A DNA stretch of 64,000 nucleotides from Vicugna vicugna (GCA_013265495.1 MU058059.1:4193502-4257501); one strand, 5' to 3'; positions 1 through 12,745 are shown, numbered from the stretch's first letter. Notes: generated by a model from the letters alone, not told the origin. Made by a program: numbers and translations.

Positions 1-120
1 AAGGACTGCGGCCAATGAAAAATAAACAGAGAGAATCTTCTTAGACCATGGACTTATTTCGAGGAGGATGGACCCACCAGGTGACTCAGCACATCGGGGT
101 CCGACTCCAACCAGCGTGAC
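1..120. repeat. 120-bp exact direct repeat, copy 1 (probably extends left of the window)
   Basis: Identical base-for-base to 3232-3351; the match breaks at 121/3352. Confidence 0.95.
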
Positions 121-687
121 TGTGACGAACGAAGCAGGCACGTCGTCTCGGCCAAGTGTGCCCAGAGACGAGGCAGCAGCGGCCAGGAAAACGGAGCCCT
201 TACTGGAGCCGCTCCTTCTGCACAGCACCCCCCATGCATCGGGGCGGGTCTCCCTGAACCCACGGAAGTTTCAGACCCACTGAGGTTTCAGGCCCTGGGA
301 CCTTCAGGTTCCAATGACACAAGTGCATCAGGGAATGAACACTGAGCTCTAGAGTGACCTCTGGTCAGAAGCTTCTGCGCTCTGAGGGTGAGACAAGTTG
401 GAACTTCAGGTGCCCCTCCCTCCAGAGGAGAAAGCAGCTGGTTTCAGGGCTCTGTCCCTCAGGCGAAAACAGATCTAACTATGAATGAAGCAAAGGAAAT
501 ATGCAATTCATTACAAGGACAAATCTCCAAACAAGAGAAAACTGAAGGGCTAACATCAGACTCTCCTATTTAAGCCCCTTGAAACTACACGAATCCGAAG
601 TCCTAGGAAGTTAAATGGAGAAAATAATCCTAAACAGATGATAAATCCCCACCTGCTTCACCCTACTCTCAACCCCTCTTCTGATGC

Positions 688-1092
688 TCTCCCTCCTTCC
701 CCTCCTCCGTCCTCACCCTCCCCCCCCTCCTCCGTCCTCTCCCTCCTCCCCCTCCTCACCCTCCTCCCNNNNNNNNNNNNNNNNNNNNNNNNNNNNNNNN
801 NNNNNNNNNNNNNNNNNNNNNNNNNNNNNNNNNNNNNNNNNNNNNNNNNNNNNNNNNNNNNNNNNNNNNNNNNNNNNNNNNNNNNNNNNNNNNNNNNNNN
901 NNNNNNNNNNNNNNNNNNNNNNNNNNNNNNNNNNNNNNNNNNNNNNNNNNNNNNNNNNNNNNNNNNNNNNNNNNNNNNNNNNNNNNNNNNNNNNNNNNNN
1001 NNNTCCCCCTCCCCCCCCTCCTCCGTCCTCACCCTCATCCCCCTCCTCACCCTCATCCCCCCTGCTCCATCCTCATCCTCATCTCCATCCCA
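688..1092. repeat. C/T-rich (CCT/CCCTC) low-complexity tandem repeat spanning an assembly gap
   Basis: Nearly pure pyrimidine on + either side of the N run, with repeated ccctcctccgtcctc motifs. Confidence 0.85.
769..1003. other. Assembly gap (235 N)
   Basis: Run of n. Confidence 1.
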
Positions 1093-2827
1093 CCCCACGT
1101 GGAGACTGGGCACTGCATTTATACAAAAGAAAGGCAACTCCTTGGTGAAGAGAGACCATAAAAAGGCACAGGCCTACCAAGACAAAGTTTGGCCACCAGA
1201 CTGGCCTCTGCAGGGGAACGAGATGAGTCCCTTTCTGCAGCTGAACCCAGCCAGCAAGAGGGTGCCCACTGCCCTCCTGCCGTGCCTACAGAGCCCGCCC
1301 ACCCTGAAGACTTGCGCAGACAATGGATGGTACTGTGTGCACCAATGCCCTACTTAAAGGCTATGGGAGCCAACGTGTTACAAGAAAAAAGAAGCTGTTA
1401 GTTGGAAAAGTCATATAATGACCCCTGGGGCCCTACAGGCAGTAGGTCCTCTAAAAATAGTAGCTGTTATCACCACCCATTCTCCCTTCATAGTTTTGAG
1501 CTCAAAAGTTTCCTTCACCCAGCAGCACCAGCACAGCCCCAGACCCAGCGTGGCCCTGAACTTCCAGCCGCAGCACTGCACGCCCACCCCAGAGTCAAAC
1601 CAGCTGCGTCTGTAGCGCCATAACGACCTAACCGAGGCCAGGCTCACACGGACTGAAATCGGACAGTTGTGATGGAATGAAAATATTTTAGCAGGCGGCC
1701 AATACACGTTTGAGGAAAACTGACCGAGGTCCCCCTGCCCCATGGACTTCCTCACTTACCTGTCAGAGCCCGGGTTTGGGTGGGTCTCGCTCTGCATAAT
1801 GGCACCTTTAACGAACCTGCCAGGCGGCCCAGAACTAACCAGGCTGGCGTGAAACCACCTTACTACTGCCAGTTACTATTCACAGGGCTCCGGGGGGGGG
1901 GCAGAACTTCCAGTGACTCGGTACTTATAATGCTCCTGTTGTCCCCAGACGTGTGACAGATTCCTGAGAGATCCAGGGAGCTCTGGCCACCACGGGGGTG
2001 AGGTATCTGGGTTTTAAACGGGGAGAGGAGTTGTTAGGAAAACAGTTCAACACCTAGAAATGCGTGCTTGGTGGTTTGCAATCTGACGACCACTTGAATA
2101 GGACTGGCAGCCGGACCTGTCTGGGTTACTTCACTTCATTTGACAAAGTCTTGCACACAGAGAGCGCTTTCAGAACACACAGCATCACTGGCCAAGTCCC
2201 TCTGTGTCTCTTCATGTCAAGTTTTGCCGCTTTACAGCCACAGATGCCAAGAAAGGGATAATCTTCAAAGGTGGGCCATCAAATCGGCGGAGTTTGTGTT
2301 CACCACTCGGATGGTGTGATCAAAACTCCAACTGCTGGAGAAACAGGAACACGGGTGAGGTGAAGTCAGCCCGAAATTCAAAGTCGGTGTTTCCATTACC
2401 ACGTGGACAGGGTTTTCAGGAGTTTATATAACTCGATCGTGAAAAAAAAAGCTCCAGGCTGAAAACCTGGTCTGTGTCATCTTGGACCAAACCAGTTTGC
2501 AAAGCTCTGAGGTTTGTTTGCTTTTCTCTTTCATCCCTTTCCAAGAATGCAGAACTTTTAAACACTGTCCGTGAAGCTGAACCAAAAAGTGCCCGTAAAC
2601 CTGGTGAGCCGATGCTCGGCAGGCAGCCCTTCTTTTGGAAGAAATTACGATTTCTGTACAGAGACTTGCCTCCAAGGTGCCTATGCACTTGGGACGTGAA
2701 GCACTCAGATTCCTCTTCCACTCACTCTTCAGCCTGCCCCTCCTCTGCAGGTGACTTCACCAAAAACATTGCAGCTCTACATTGGAATATCCACTTCTCT
2801 AGAAGTAAACTTCAAATTAGCATTTAA

Positions 2828-2903
2828 CAATCCGGTGCTGCGCCTCCAGGCTGGCCAACGTGATGTAGAAAAAGATGTGCAACAGCAGGCAGGACAAACC
2901 GGT
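2828..2903 (-). pseudogene. Partial 76-bp duplicate of PIEZO2 exon 3 inside intron 3
   Basis: Ungapped alignment to 5892-5967 gives 70/76 identities, same orientation. Both exon 3 splice sites are missing, and an in-frame TAA follows (..HRIVKC*). Confidence 0.9.
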
Positions 2904-3231
2904 AGGAATAAAGCTCACTATTATGACCTCCATTATATGGGCTCCACGTGGGACGGAATGGAGCACTTATATCAGACGTCAAAATGGGAAAGACAGAAGG
3001 ACCAGAAGACAGATCTGGACATGTCCAAATGTATCAAGAAACTAGCAAAGGAGAAGGCACGACAGGGACCAGAGGAGGCTCTCCCAGACGCCGTCTCCCA
3101 GAGCCTCCATGTCCGAGCGCACACAGACGCAGGCCGCAGAAAGCGACCAGAAAGTGACTTTCAGAGCGAGGTGGGCTGGTCTCCTTGCACACACTTCGTC
3201 TCTCATTTCTTAGGTATTAGCCCTTGCCGCC

Positions 3232-3351
3232 AAGGACTGCGGCCAATGAAAAATAAACAGAGAGAATCTTCTTAGACCATGGACTTATTTCGAGGAGGAT
3301 GGACCCACCAGGTGACTCAGCACATCGGGGTCCGACTCCAACCAGCGTGAC
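3232..3351. repeat. 120-bp exact direct repeat, copy 2
   Basis: Identical to 1-120 (offset 3231). Confidence 0.95.
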
Positions 3352-3616
3352 CATGTCTGAATAAAATCACCTCTGGAAAAACCTGGGTGTCTGGGAGCCC
3401 GTGTACTTAGGCTGTGAGGTTTAGGAAAGCAGGTCTGACTCCCCATGACTGCGCTGCCAGGAATGCTGGGGAGGTGGCCTGTCAGGAGGCCAGGTCTGAC
3501 AGGCTGTACCCTTCAGCACTGAGAAGGGCTGTCTTCTTCATGACGAGCCCGTCCAAAGGGTCTAAGGAGTCTGGATCCTTGCCCAGGAAGGAGGAGATAA
3601 TGCAAGAACAAGCTTC

Positions 3617-3651
3617 TGTGTGCGTGCGTACGTGCGTGCGTGTGTGTGTGG

Positions 3652-3682
<31 letters not shown>

Positions 3683-3744
3683 CGTGCGTATGTGCGTGTG
3701 TGTCTGTGTGTGGGGGGGGTGTGTCTGTGTGTGTGTGTGTGTGT
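3617..3744. repeat. Compound (TG)n/(CG)n microsatellite
   Basis: Long tgtgtg runs with an internal gcgcgcgcgcg. Confidence 0.95.
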
Positions 3745-4409
3745 AGGTCTTTCTGTCTGTCTCTGTCTATACCTTATAGGAGAGGCCCTCCATACAGTGA
3801 GTACACTTACAAATGTGGAAAATGGGATATAGTTTTAGCATATCATGTTACATTTTTATCATGACCTCTGCAGAATTGTTGAAAATATTATTTTGCATAA
3901 AAATAGAAACACCAAGACTCTCTGATCTAGAAGAAATGCTGAAATGCACTTCCTCATCCAGACCCCCTCCAGCACAATCCTTCCTACAGTATCAATCAGC
4001 ACCTAAAGTTATTTGCAGAGACAGGCAAGATATATATTTATAAACTCAAATTTTAAAAATGCGATGAGTTATAATATATCTTAGGATTAAATACTTTTCA
4101 GTAATAGAGAACTCATTACTCATGAAATAGCCTTTTCTTCAGATGACACTTACGGTTTAAAATAAAATCCTTCCTCGTGGCCCTGGGAATGTGTGATTAA
4201 GAACTGCCCAAAGGATTTTCAATTGAAAAGCAGTACAAAATATCATTGCTAACATTTCTGCTAAGTTCACAAAGACTTAAATCTGGCCAAAGGTAGTCAA
4301 TGATTTTTATCATTGTAACACTGTAACTAAAGTACCATTATTTAAACACTGTATTTCATCAAGTTTTTAATAATGAAGTGACTTTTCTCAAACATTAAAA
4401 CCACATCAT

Positions 4410-4775
4410 AGAGATGGAATATTATTCAGCCATGAAAAGGGATGATGTACTAACACTGCCACAATGTGGATGAACCTTGAAAACAAGGTTCTGAAAGACA
4501 TCAGACACCAAGGGTCACATATTATATAATCCTGTTTGGATGAAATGTCCAGAACAGGTCAATCTATTAGAGGCAGAAAGGAAATTGGTGGTTGCCTAGG
4601 GATGAGCGGGGAGGGAGTGAGACTAACTGGTCATGGGTACATGGTTTCTTTTGGGGGTGGGCAAAGTGTTCCTGAACTGGACAGTGGTGATGGTTGCACA
4701 ACCTGAAAACCACTGAGTTGTATTCTTCACGTGGGTGAACTTTATGGTATACGCATCATACCTTAGTTGAAAAAT
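4410..4775 (+). mobile_element. Old LINE-1 3' end (L1MB-like)
   Basis: Typical 3' end motifs: ggaatattattcagccatgaaaagg, tggatgaaccttgaaaac, gtggttgcctaggg, gtggtgatggttgcacaac. Confidence 0.8.
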
Positions 4776-5876
4776 AATAACCACGTCTTGAATCACAGAT
4801 CTTAAGTCAAAAATCATTTTGATAGGCATTATTACCCAAGGAACTCTGCACTCAGTAAAACAGCGGAAATGAATGCTAACTTCAGCTCTGTAAAGTCTGC
4901 TCTTCAAAGTTGTGCGGTGAGAGGTACTGAATAATGCATGACTATGGATTTGGCTAGAGAACTTCTCCCTACACTTGTGTTCATACCTTTTGATCCACAG
5001 AGAATTCGGTCTCCTTTTTATTTCACAGGGAAGGGTTAGTTTATTTCATGTCACTTGGGCTTGCATTTACGAAAGATCAGGAAATTTCAAAGCCACAAAT
5101 GGGTCCTCAGCCAAAAACTGACAGCTCAGAACCATTATTTTCATCTGTTTCTAGTATCTCAGGTTTCTTTAGGTGTAACTGAAAACATGGGGTTGTATCC
5201 CATCGACTTGCAATGCTTCTGTTTTTTCAAATGACAATCACATAACCTACAAAAATGGAAGCAGGATTTGGCCGACGGTAGGTTAACTTTGGGAAGAAGA
5301 TACTACCTAGATAAAGCACATATGTGTTGACTTTTTCAGATTAAAACTTCAAAATATAATGTGTGTAAGACCTCTGATTTCCCTACGAGTAGCCAGAAAG
5401 AACTCCCAGTGTGAAAAAGAAGCTACACACGTCATTAACACTTTCCCCATAAAGACACACGAAATCTTACGTTATGGTTTTGAACAGGATCAAGGTCGCC
5501 GTCCCATAACATTACTCAACTTCTGTCCTCTTATCTGTCACGTTACATATTGTTCCTGTCCCATCTCACTGCTGCCCTGAGAGCACCAGGGACTGAGTGT
5601 AAACTTTAGTTTTTAGATCACACCCCAGCACGGTCTTACACACAGCCGGGAGTCCAACATCCAACACGTGTCGAGGATGCACTGACTAGGTTGCTCGTTA
5701 CCCAGGTCTGCGTGGCAAGCTCTCTGTGCGTGTGTTGTTTACAGTGTACGGCACCGACAACAGCCAAAAGCTGCCATGAATTCTGTAATGTGACTGCCGC
5801 CAGGGTGTCCACGGGCGTCACACCCCGCGACTTGATCATGCATGCGCGTACGAGACGAAACCGCCAGGATACTCAC

Positions 5877-6002
5877 AGTTGTAGCCGGGTGCAATCCGGT
5901 GCTGCGCCTCCAGGCTGGCCAACGTGATGTGGAAGACGATGTGCAGCAGCAGGAAGGACAAACTGGTGACGCACAGAGACTTTAAGAGCCGGCCCGTGTG
6001 TC
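5877..6002 (-). CDS. PIEZO2: PIEZO2 coding exon 3 (126 nt, phase 1-1)
   Basis: Minus-strand translation (G)HTGRLLKSLCVTSLSFLLLHIVFHITLASLEAQHRIAPGYN(C) joins in frame to exon 2. Acceptor ctgtgctttcacccccag; consensus donor gtgagt (5876-5871). Confidence 0.97.
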
Positions 6003-6229
6003 CTGGGGGTGAAAGCACAGAGGTCGTGAGCGGACTTGACTGGCGCACACGCATGCTGATCTGCGTACCAGCCACAAAGAACCTTTCTGAACATAATCTA
6101 TTCCAGAGACTGACTCAAAAGTACAGCAAGTGTCACCATTACTCTCAATTATTAGCTAAAGCTAAAACCGTCAGACTTCTTTTGTCCAAATATACAGCTA
6201 ACACTGATTAAAAACTCAACATGAGAGGA

Positions 6230-7095
6230 AGGTGTGCTCCCATTTATCACAGGATATGTTACCACAAAATGGAACCGCTCGGAAGTCTCCGGTCCAGAAA
6301 GTTTCATGAGGGAGTCCTGCCAGCTCTGAAGGAACAGATAATCCCTACCTTACAAAAGTAGTTCCGGAGAGCAGAAAGAGAAGGAAAGTTGCCTCAAACA
6401 TTTTACCATTCAGAGTAAGTTTAATTTCAAAATTAAACAAGGCTAGAAAAGGAAAAGAAATTATCAACCCATTTTACTTACAAATACAGACACTATTTGA
6501 AAAAATACTTGCTCACCAACTGAAGCAGCAATGTGAAAGACAAGACATCATAATAACCTAGGGTTTACTGCAGAAAAACAAGTGTGGTTTAACAGCAACA
6601 AATCTGCGAGGGTCAGTCATACTTGAGACGGTTGATGATGACGATGTTCACAATGGACCCAGAAGCAGCATTTCAACACGTTCAAAATCTATTTATGATC
6701 AAGTAAAACAACACTCAGAAAACTAGGAATAAAAGGAAATATCCTTAATATGATAAAGAATTTATACAACTAAAGCAAACATCCTGTTTATGGTGGAATT
6801 TTAGACACAGTCCTATTAATACCAGACGGTCATCGAGGACACTTGGAACCCTTGCCACTTATGTCACTAGGCACACAGGCCTGTGTTACAAGATAAGAAT
6901 GAAGAGTTGTAATAACTAGAATCACTTGCAGGTGACACTATATCATCAGGACAGAATGTCAACCTGTATCCACAGATCAACTATTGGAACAAACACATGA
7001 GAATGATTCAGATGCAACATCATCTTGCAAAAATAAGAACAGCTCCTCTGCATTGACCATCATCAAACAGAAAACACGGCACAACTGAAATTAGC
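6230..7095 (+). mobile_element. Ancient decayed LINE-1 ORF2 fragment (RT region)
   Basis: A-rich sequence with L1 ORF2-like motifs (agaagcagcatttcaacacgttcaa, aaactaggaataaaaggaaa..ccttaatatgataaag, ttgcaggtgaca); no open frame. Confidence 0.65.
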
Positions 7096-7104
7096 AACCA
7101 AAAC

Positions 7105-8800
7105 TGGTTTATCAGGGTAGACACAATGAGTTAGGAAGTGTTCCCTCCTATTCTAAATTTGTTGGAAAAGTTTGAGAAACATTGGTGCTTGTATTCCTTT
7201 ACGCACATTTGGAAGAATCTACCAGGGAAGCCCTCTGGCACAGGACTTCTCCTTGTTGAGAAGTTTCTGGTCACTGATTCACTCTCTACTTTCATAGGTC
7301 TGCCCATAATTTCTGCTTCGTTTTGTGTCCATGTTGCCAGTTTCTGTGTTCCTAGAACTTCCTCTAGCTTGTTTGGGGGATCTGGTTTGTCAGCATTCCC
7401 TTGTTCACAGTACGCACATATAATTGTTCTAAGTTTGCGAGACTGGTAGTATCACCCCCCTTTCACCTGTGACTTTACCATTTGTATCTTGTCTTCTTTA
7501 TGATGTGTGAGTGTAGCTAAGGGCTTCTGCTGCTCTTCTCAAGAGAACCAACACTTGGTTTTGTTGACTCCAAGTGTTTTTCTAATCTCTGCTTCATTCA
7601 GCTCTGCTCTAACCTCCACTACTTCCTCCCTTCCGCTGGTCGGCCGCTTGGCTTGCCTTTCCTCTTCTAGTCCCTTAAGGTGTACAAGTAGGCCATTGAT
7701 TTGAGAGCATTCTTCTTTTCAACATAGCCTTACAGCTATAAATTCCGGTGAGAACTGCTTTTGCCGCATCCCCTACGTTTTGACTTGTTATGTTTTTGTT
7801 TCCACTTGTCTCCTGGTATTCTTTGATTTCCCTTGTACTTATCTCTTTGGCCCACTGGTGTTTGAGAATGCACTGTGTAATCTCCATAGATCTGTGAATT
7901 TTCCGATTTTCCTTGTTATCAATTTCTAGTTTCATCCCATGGTACTTTGAGAAGATACTTTGGGTGATTTCAATCTTTTTAAATTTCTTGAGAGTTTTCC
8001 TGTGGTCTAACACATGGTCCATCCTGGGGCATGTGCCATGCAGACTTGAGAAGAACAGGTATTCCCCTATCTTTGAGTGGGGTCGCGCATGTTGACCTGC
8101 TAGGTCTAGTTGATTTACAGTGTTGTTCAAGTCCTCTTCCTCCTCACTGTTCTTCTATCTAGATGTTCTTCCCATTATTGAAAGCGGACTCCTGAAGTCT
8201 CCAATTATCACTGTAGAATTGTCCTTTCTTCCTTCAAGTCTGCCAGTGTTTGATTCACATCATATTTTAGGGGCTCTGTTGTTTGCCAAGTATATATTCA
8301 CAATTGTTATAGCTTGAATCGATCTTTTAGCAATATATGATGTCCTTTTTTTGACATTAATTTTTATCTACTTATTTTCTATGGAGGTATAGTCAGTTTA
8401 CAAGGTTGTGTCAATTTCTGGTGTACAGCACAATTTTTCAGTCATACAGGGATATACATACTATTATGTCCTTTCTTGCAGTTGTTTTTGACTTAACATA
8501 TATTTTGTCTAATATTACTGTAGCCACCTCAGCACTTTTTTGGTTATTATTTGCATAGAATACCTTTCTCCATCCTTTCAATTTCAACCGACTTTGTCTT
8601 TGGATTTTAAGTGAATTTCCCGCAGACAGCATGTAACTGGGGCATTTTTATTATGCCATCTACTACCTGTACCTTTCATTGGAGAGGTTAATCCAATTAC
8701 ATTAAAGTGATTGCTGGTAAGGATCCCTTTCTGTCACTCTGCTGCTTTCTCCTGTGCGTCCTACCCTGCTTGCTCCTCATGTTCTCTACTGCTTCTTTCA
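7105..8800 (-). mobile_element. Decayed LINE-1 ORF2 endonuclease region, with a short younger L1 3' piece at about 8365-8460
   Basis: Minus-strand ORFs 8438-8632 (LKLKGWRKVFYAN..ILDKI) and 7675-8130 (EYLFFSSLHGT..MDHVLDHR..KFKKIEI..S.YHGMKLEI) match the L1 APE-type endonuclease; the frame is broken. Confidence 0.92.
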
Positions 8801-8879
8801 TTTGTGTTTTTTAAGGATAAATTTGCCTGATGCAAGATTCTGTTTTATTTAAACACAGAAAAGTTAGTGAACTTATTTA

Positions 8880-8985
8880 CTTGTTACACATACATTCCTT
8901 TTCAGATTTTTTTCCACTATAGGTTATTAACAAGATAGGGAATATAGTTCCCTGTGCTGTACAGTAGGACCAGTTGTTTATCTAT
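8880..8985 (-). mobile_element. Short L1 3'-UTR fragment (artiodactyl type)
   Basis: cacatacattccttttcagattttttccactataggtta..aatatagttccctgtgctgtacagtagg, same family as the element at 35590-35763. Confidence 0.75.
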
Positions 8986-9199
8986 CTTGCTTCATTCCCA
9001 TAGCTTCTTGCTAACAATAAGACTAAATTAATTAATTGGCATGTAATACCATCAAGTAGATACCCTTTCAAAACCTTTCTTCCCCACTCGATCCGGCTCC
9101 AAAGACTATCCTGGTTGCAAAACTGCACGGCTGCAGCCGCCCTGAAGGCATCTAATGTCCCCCCACCCCATTCTACCTCTCTGAGCAGGGCAACTGGGG

Positions 9200-10540
9200 A
9201 AAGGGGTCCCGAGGGCTCAAGACTAAAGGGAGATCTTGATGAGAAGAGATCCATGGGGGAATCCTCTAATTCTGGTCCTGGTCTCACCCCCAAGCTACAC
9301 ATGTGTGTAAAAGACCCAAAAGAGCTCTGAGAACTGAACTATGCTATAAAGAACCACACAGGTCCCAGACTGACCCCGAGGGTGCATGTACAGGGCAGAC
9401 CCCAACAGAACAGCAAAGGTTTGAAACTGACATTGGAATCACCACCTACAGAAAGTGAGGCAAAGCTTGTGAGCTGAAACCAACCAGACTGCCTACCTGC
9501 TGAAACACAGACCCAACAGAGGGGGGGAATCAACATTCCCAGAGGATTTAACACGACCCAGTGACTCATAACACAATATTCAAAGTGACCAGGACACAAT
9601 CCCAAATTACTTGGCATAGAAAACACCAGGAAAAACTGACCAATTCTCAAGAGTAAAGACAATAAAGTCAAGCTTGAAATCAGCCAGATGTTGGAATTAT
9701 GAGAAAACGACTTTAAAACGTCCATTACAACCACACTCCATGAGGTAAAGGTAAACAATCTCAAGATGAACGGAAAGAGCAAAGCAGTCAGCAGAAAAAC
9801 AAAGTACAAAAAAGGGCACAATAAAAGTCTGGCACTGAAAAAACCCAGCAACAGAAATTTAAACGGCACTTGGTGGACTCCGTAGTGCAGCAGAGGCACT
9901 AACTTGGGGAGAGGAATAGAAGTTATCCACTTCGAAAGCCAGAGAGCAAACGACTGAAAAAAATTAAAGGCTCTCAGGGACCTGAGGGTCAAAGGCCACC
10001 ACATGTGTCTTTTCTGTCATTAGAAACATCATTACTGGAGAGCAGAGGCAGCTGCTGTACGATAGCCAGAAGCCCCCAGTTTGTTGAAGACATAATTTAC
10101 ACACTTAATAAGCCCAGTAAACCCTAAAAAGGATAAATTTGAAGAAACCATCCCAGAGTCATAACAGCCAACCTGCTGGAAACCTAAAGTAAAGAGAAAT
10201 TCCTGGAAACAGTGAGAGAAAAATGTCACATTACTCCCAGGGGACGACGATGTGAATGACCATGTGTTTTTTGCCACAAACGAAGACGACTGAGAGACAA
10301 CACCTTTACAGCTGTGAAGGAAAAGGACAACGAACCCCAAATTCTATATCCTGAGAAAACACCCTCCAGACTTGAAGACAAAGGGAGACATTCTCAGAAG
10401 AAGGAAAACTGAGCGTCTCTGCCACCAGGACGTCTGCTCTGAAAGTCACACCAACGCGGGCTCTTCAGGCTGAAGGGAAATGATCCCAAAGGAAGACTCG
10501 GAACATTAGTCACGAACAAGAGCAACAGAACAGGGTAGAA
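9200..10540 (+). mobile_element. Old LINE-1 5' UTR/ORF1 remnant
   Basis: L1M ORF1-like text: aatattcaaagtgaccaggacacaatccc, ccagatgttggaattat, ctaaagtaaagagaaattcctggaaacagtgagagaaaaa, ccaaattctatatcc. Confidence 0.7.
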
Positions 10541-12745
10541 AGACGCTTGTTTACACACATACACACGCCTCATTACAGCCACGCTCCAACTAACTCGAGG
10601 CATTTCTAGAAACAGTCTCTTGTTTTTCTGGTCTTGGAAATATTTTGGGTGTCGTACTGAAATAACTGAAGGTATGATGTTGCCCGTGTGTTCTGGGTAG
10701 TCACTCTTACTTAAACAAGAAACATGAATTATCCAAGGGTATGTCACCTGATAAATAATCACTCATAATTAGAAATGTAAGAAAACAGGGCACATACTTA
10801 AAAGGATCAAAAATACACATGCTGACTTCCAGCTGACTTCCCAGAGTAACCCAGACAGCAGATTCACAAAATAGGCAACTTACTGCCAGAACGACAAGGC
10901 CCCAAAGTGCATATTTATACACCATTTTCCCCTGATGTTTAGAATGCCAAAGCAGGAGAAATTCAGTATTAACAGAAGGAATAAACAACGGGGAGCAAAA
11001 GTAGACTTCTTTCAATAAATTTTAACTTGGGTTTTATTCATTGATTTTGTTTATTTATAATATATTTCCTCAAACAGAACGTAACAAAAAAAGATTACTG
11101 GTGCGCCACAGATTTCATCCAGGAAATGGGATTTAAACTTGGGTATAAATCCAACTTCTCATTTATTATACTTTTGGAAGTAATTCAGAGGCCACTGCTT
11201 TAGCCAACAATCCCAGTCTCCAGCTTTCAAGTGATTTTAATGGTGACATTTACTGGGAAAGACCCACGGTTCTCATGACTGTGCCCCTGTGAGCTAATTT
11301 TCAACTTTTCCTCTTAAGCAGCAATGCATTCCCAAATCCCAGCAATCCTTCAAGGCCTGAAGGAGCTCTGAGCCTGGCGCTAATCTTCTTTCTGGGGAAA
11401 GTGAAACAGCAAAAAGTTGCATTGATGTGCGTTTATAGAAAAGTGACCGAGTCACATACAAACTGTGTGTAAAGACACAGTTTGGAGAGTTCTATTTCTA
11501 TTTCAAAGTCTTTTTCAGCCTTTCCCTGAGATACTTTAACTATTTACTTACAATTTAACTAGAAAGGCCTCGTAGAAGTACCACGTGGTCAGTATTTACG
11601 GCACTGAGGGGGAGAAAAGTTCCTTAGAAATCAAGTGTTTATATTTAATGAATTTCCTATAATTTGAGACGTCAGAGCACATGAAAAGAAACTTGATACG
11701 TAAAACCGAGCGTTCTCTTTTCTCTTCAAAATGAGGTCATCTACAAACCCCTATTAGCTAGAGAGGTGTGGGGGCTTCGAAACAAGCTGAGCAGTCAAGC
11801 ATGCAGGTTGAGCACACGAAGCGGCTCACACTCCCCATTTGACTTACAGAAAAGGCCACTGCCTTGGCGTCAAAGTAACACAGATGGAGAGAAGACATAA
11901 TGTCTCCTACACACTCGCCCTGGAGTCTCCCGGAGGCCACCATCCCAGCGCAGTGCGACACCCTTTTTCGCTGAAAAGAATGACTCACAGAGGCTTTCTG
12001 GGAAACCACAGGAGCCCATGGAGGAACACACGGCCAGCTGACTGCCCAGCGCCGTCCCACCTTCCCTAACTAGACGAGAAGCTTCCACCGCATGCCTGCA
12101 AGTGGTCCCTGGACCTCCTGTGCCCCATCACTTAGCCCTCCCTCGCACAAGCTCCATTTTCTATTTCCAGGTTTGTTACTGTCATATTATCGAAGCCAAA
12201 AAAATAATTAGTTCCCCCCCTTCCAGCTTGGATCTATCATTCACTACCTCAGCTTTAGGTACTAGAATTTGATATGTCTTAAAAAGTGTTATGATCTCTT
12301 CTAAAGGCTCCACACAATGGAGCTGATACCATCAGAGAGAAAACTTCTGTGCTCTGGGTGTGGGGGATGGTGAGGGGCCAGGGAGGGGCTGTGAGGCTGC
12401 CAATATCACCCGTGTCTCCTCCTCTCCTCCTTCCAAATTCATCCCATGGGACCGGTCTCGTCTCTTCTGTGCCTTTCCCTCCCACTTTGACCCAGAGGCG
12501 TCTCCCTCTGACTCCTCCGTCGCACAGTGTCTACGTCTCCACTTGTGAATACGTATCTGTAATGTTGATGCCCTGGGTCAGGGAACCAGGAGACAGATTC
12601 TGAGGCTGAGACTGCTGTGCAGGGCATTACTGGGGAGGGCTCTCGACCGCGACACTGACAGGGGAGGGAGGGAGGCAGGGCTGAGCCAGGGAAATGCTGG
12701 CCTGGGATGCAGCTGTGGGGGTGGGGCACTCAGCTGGTCCTCAGT

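Noticed and set aside
638..1357. Pro/Ser-rich ORFs across the gap
   Set aside because: Artefacts of the N run and low-complexity sequence.
2751..3275. 174-aa plus-strand ORF spanning the exon copy and the start of the 120-bp repeat
   Set aside because: It starts at GTG, has no recognisable homology, and is antisense to the exon fragment; likely chance.
1..5876. PIEZO2 exon 4 (recalled ..STWEKTFRQIGFES..)
   Set aside because: Not found by eye on the minus strand; presumably left of the window.
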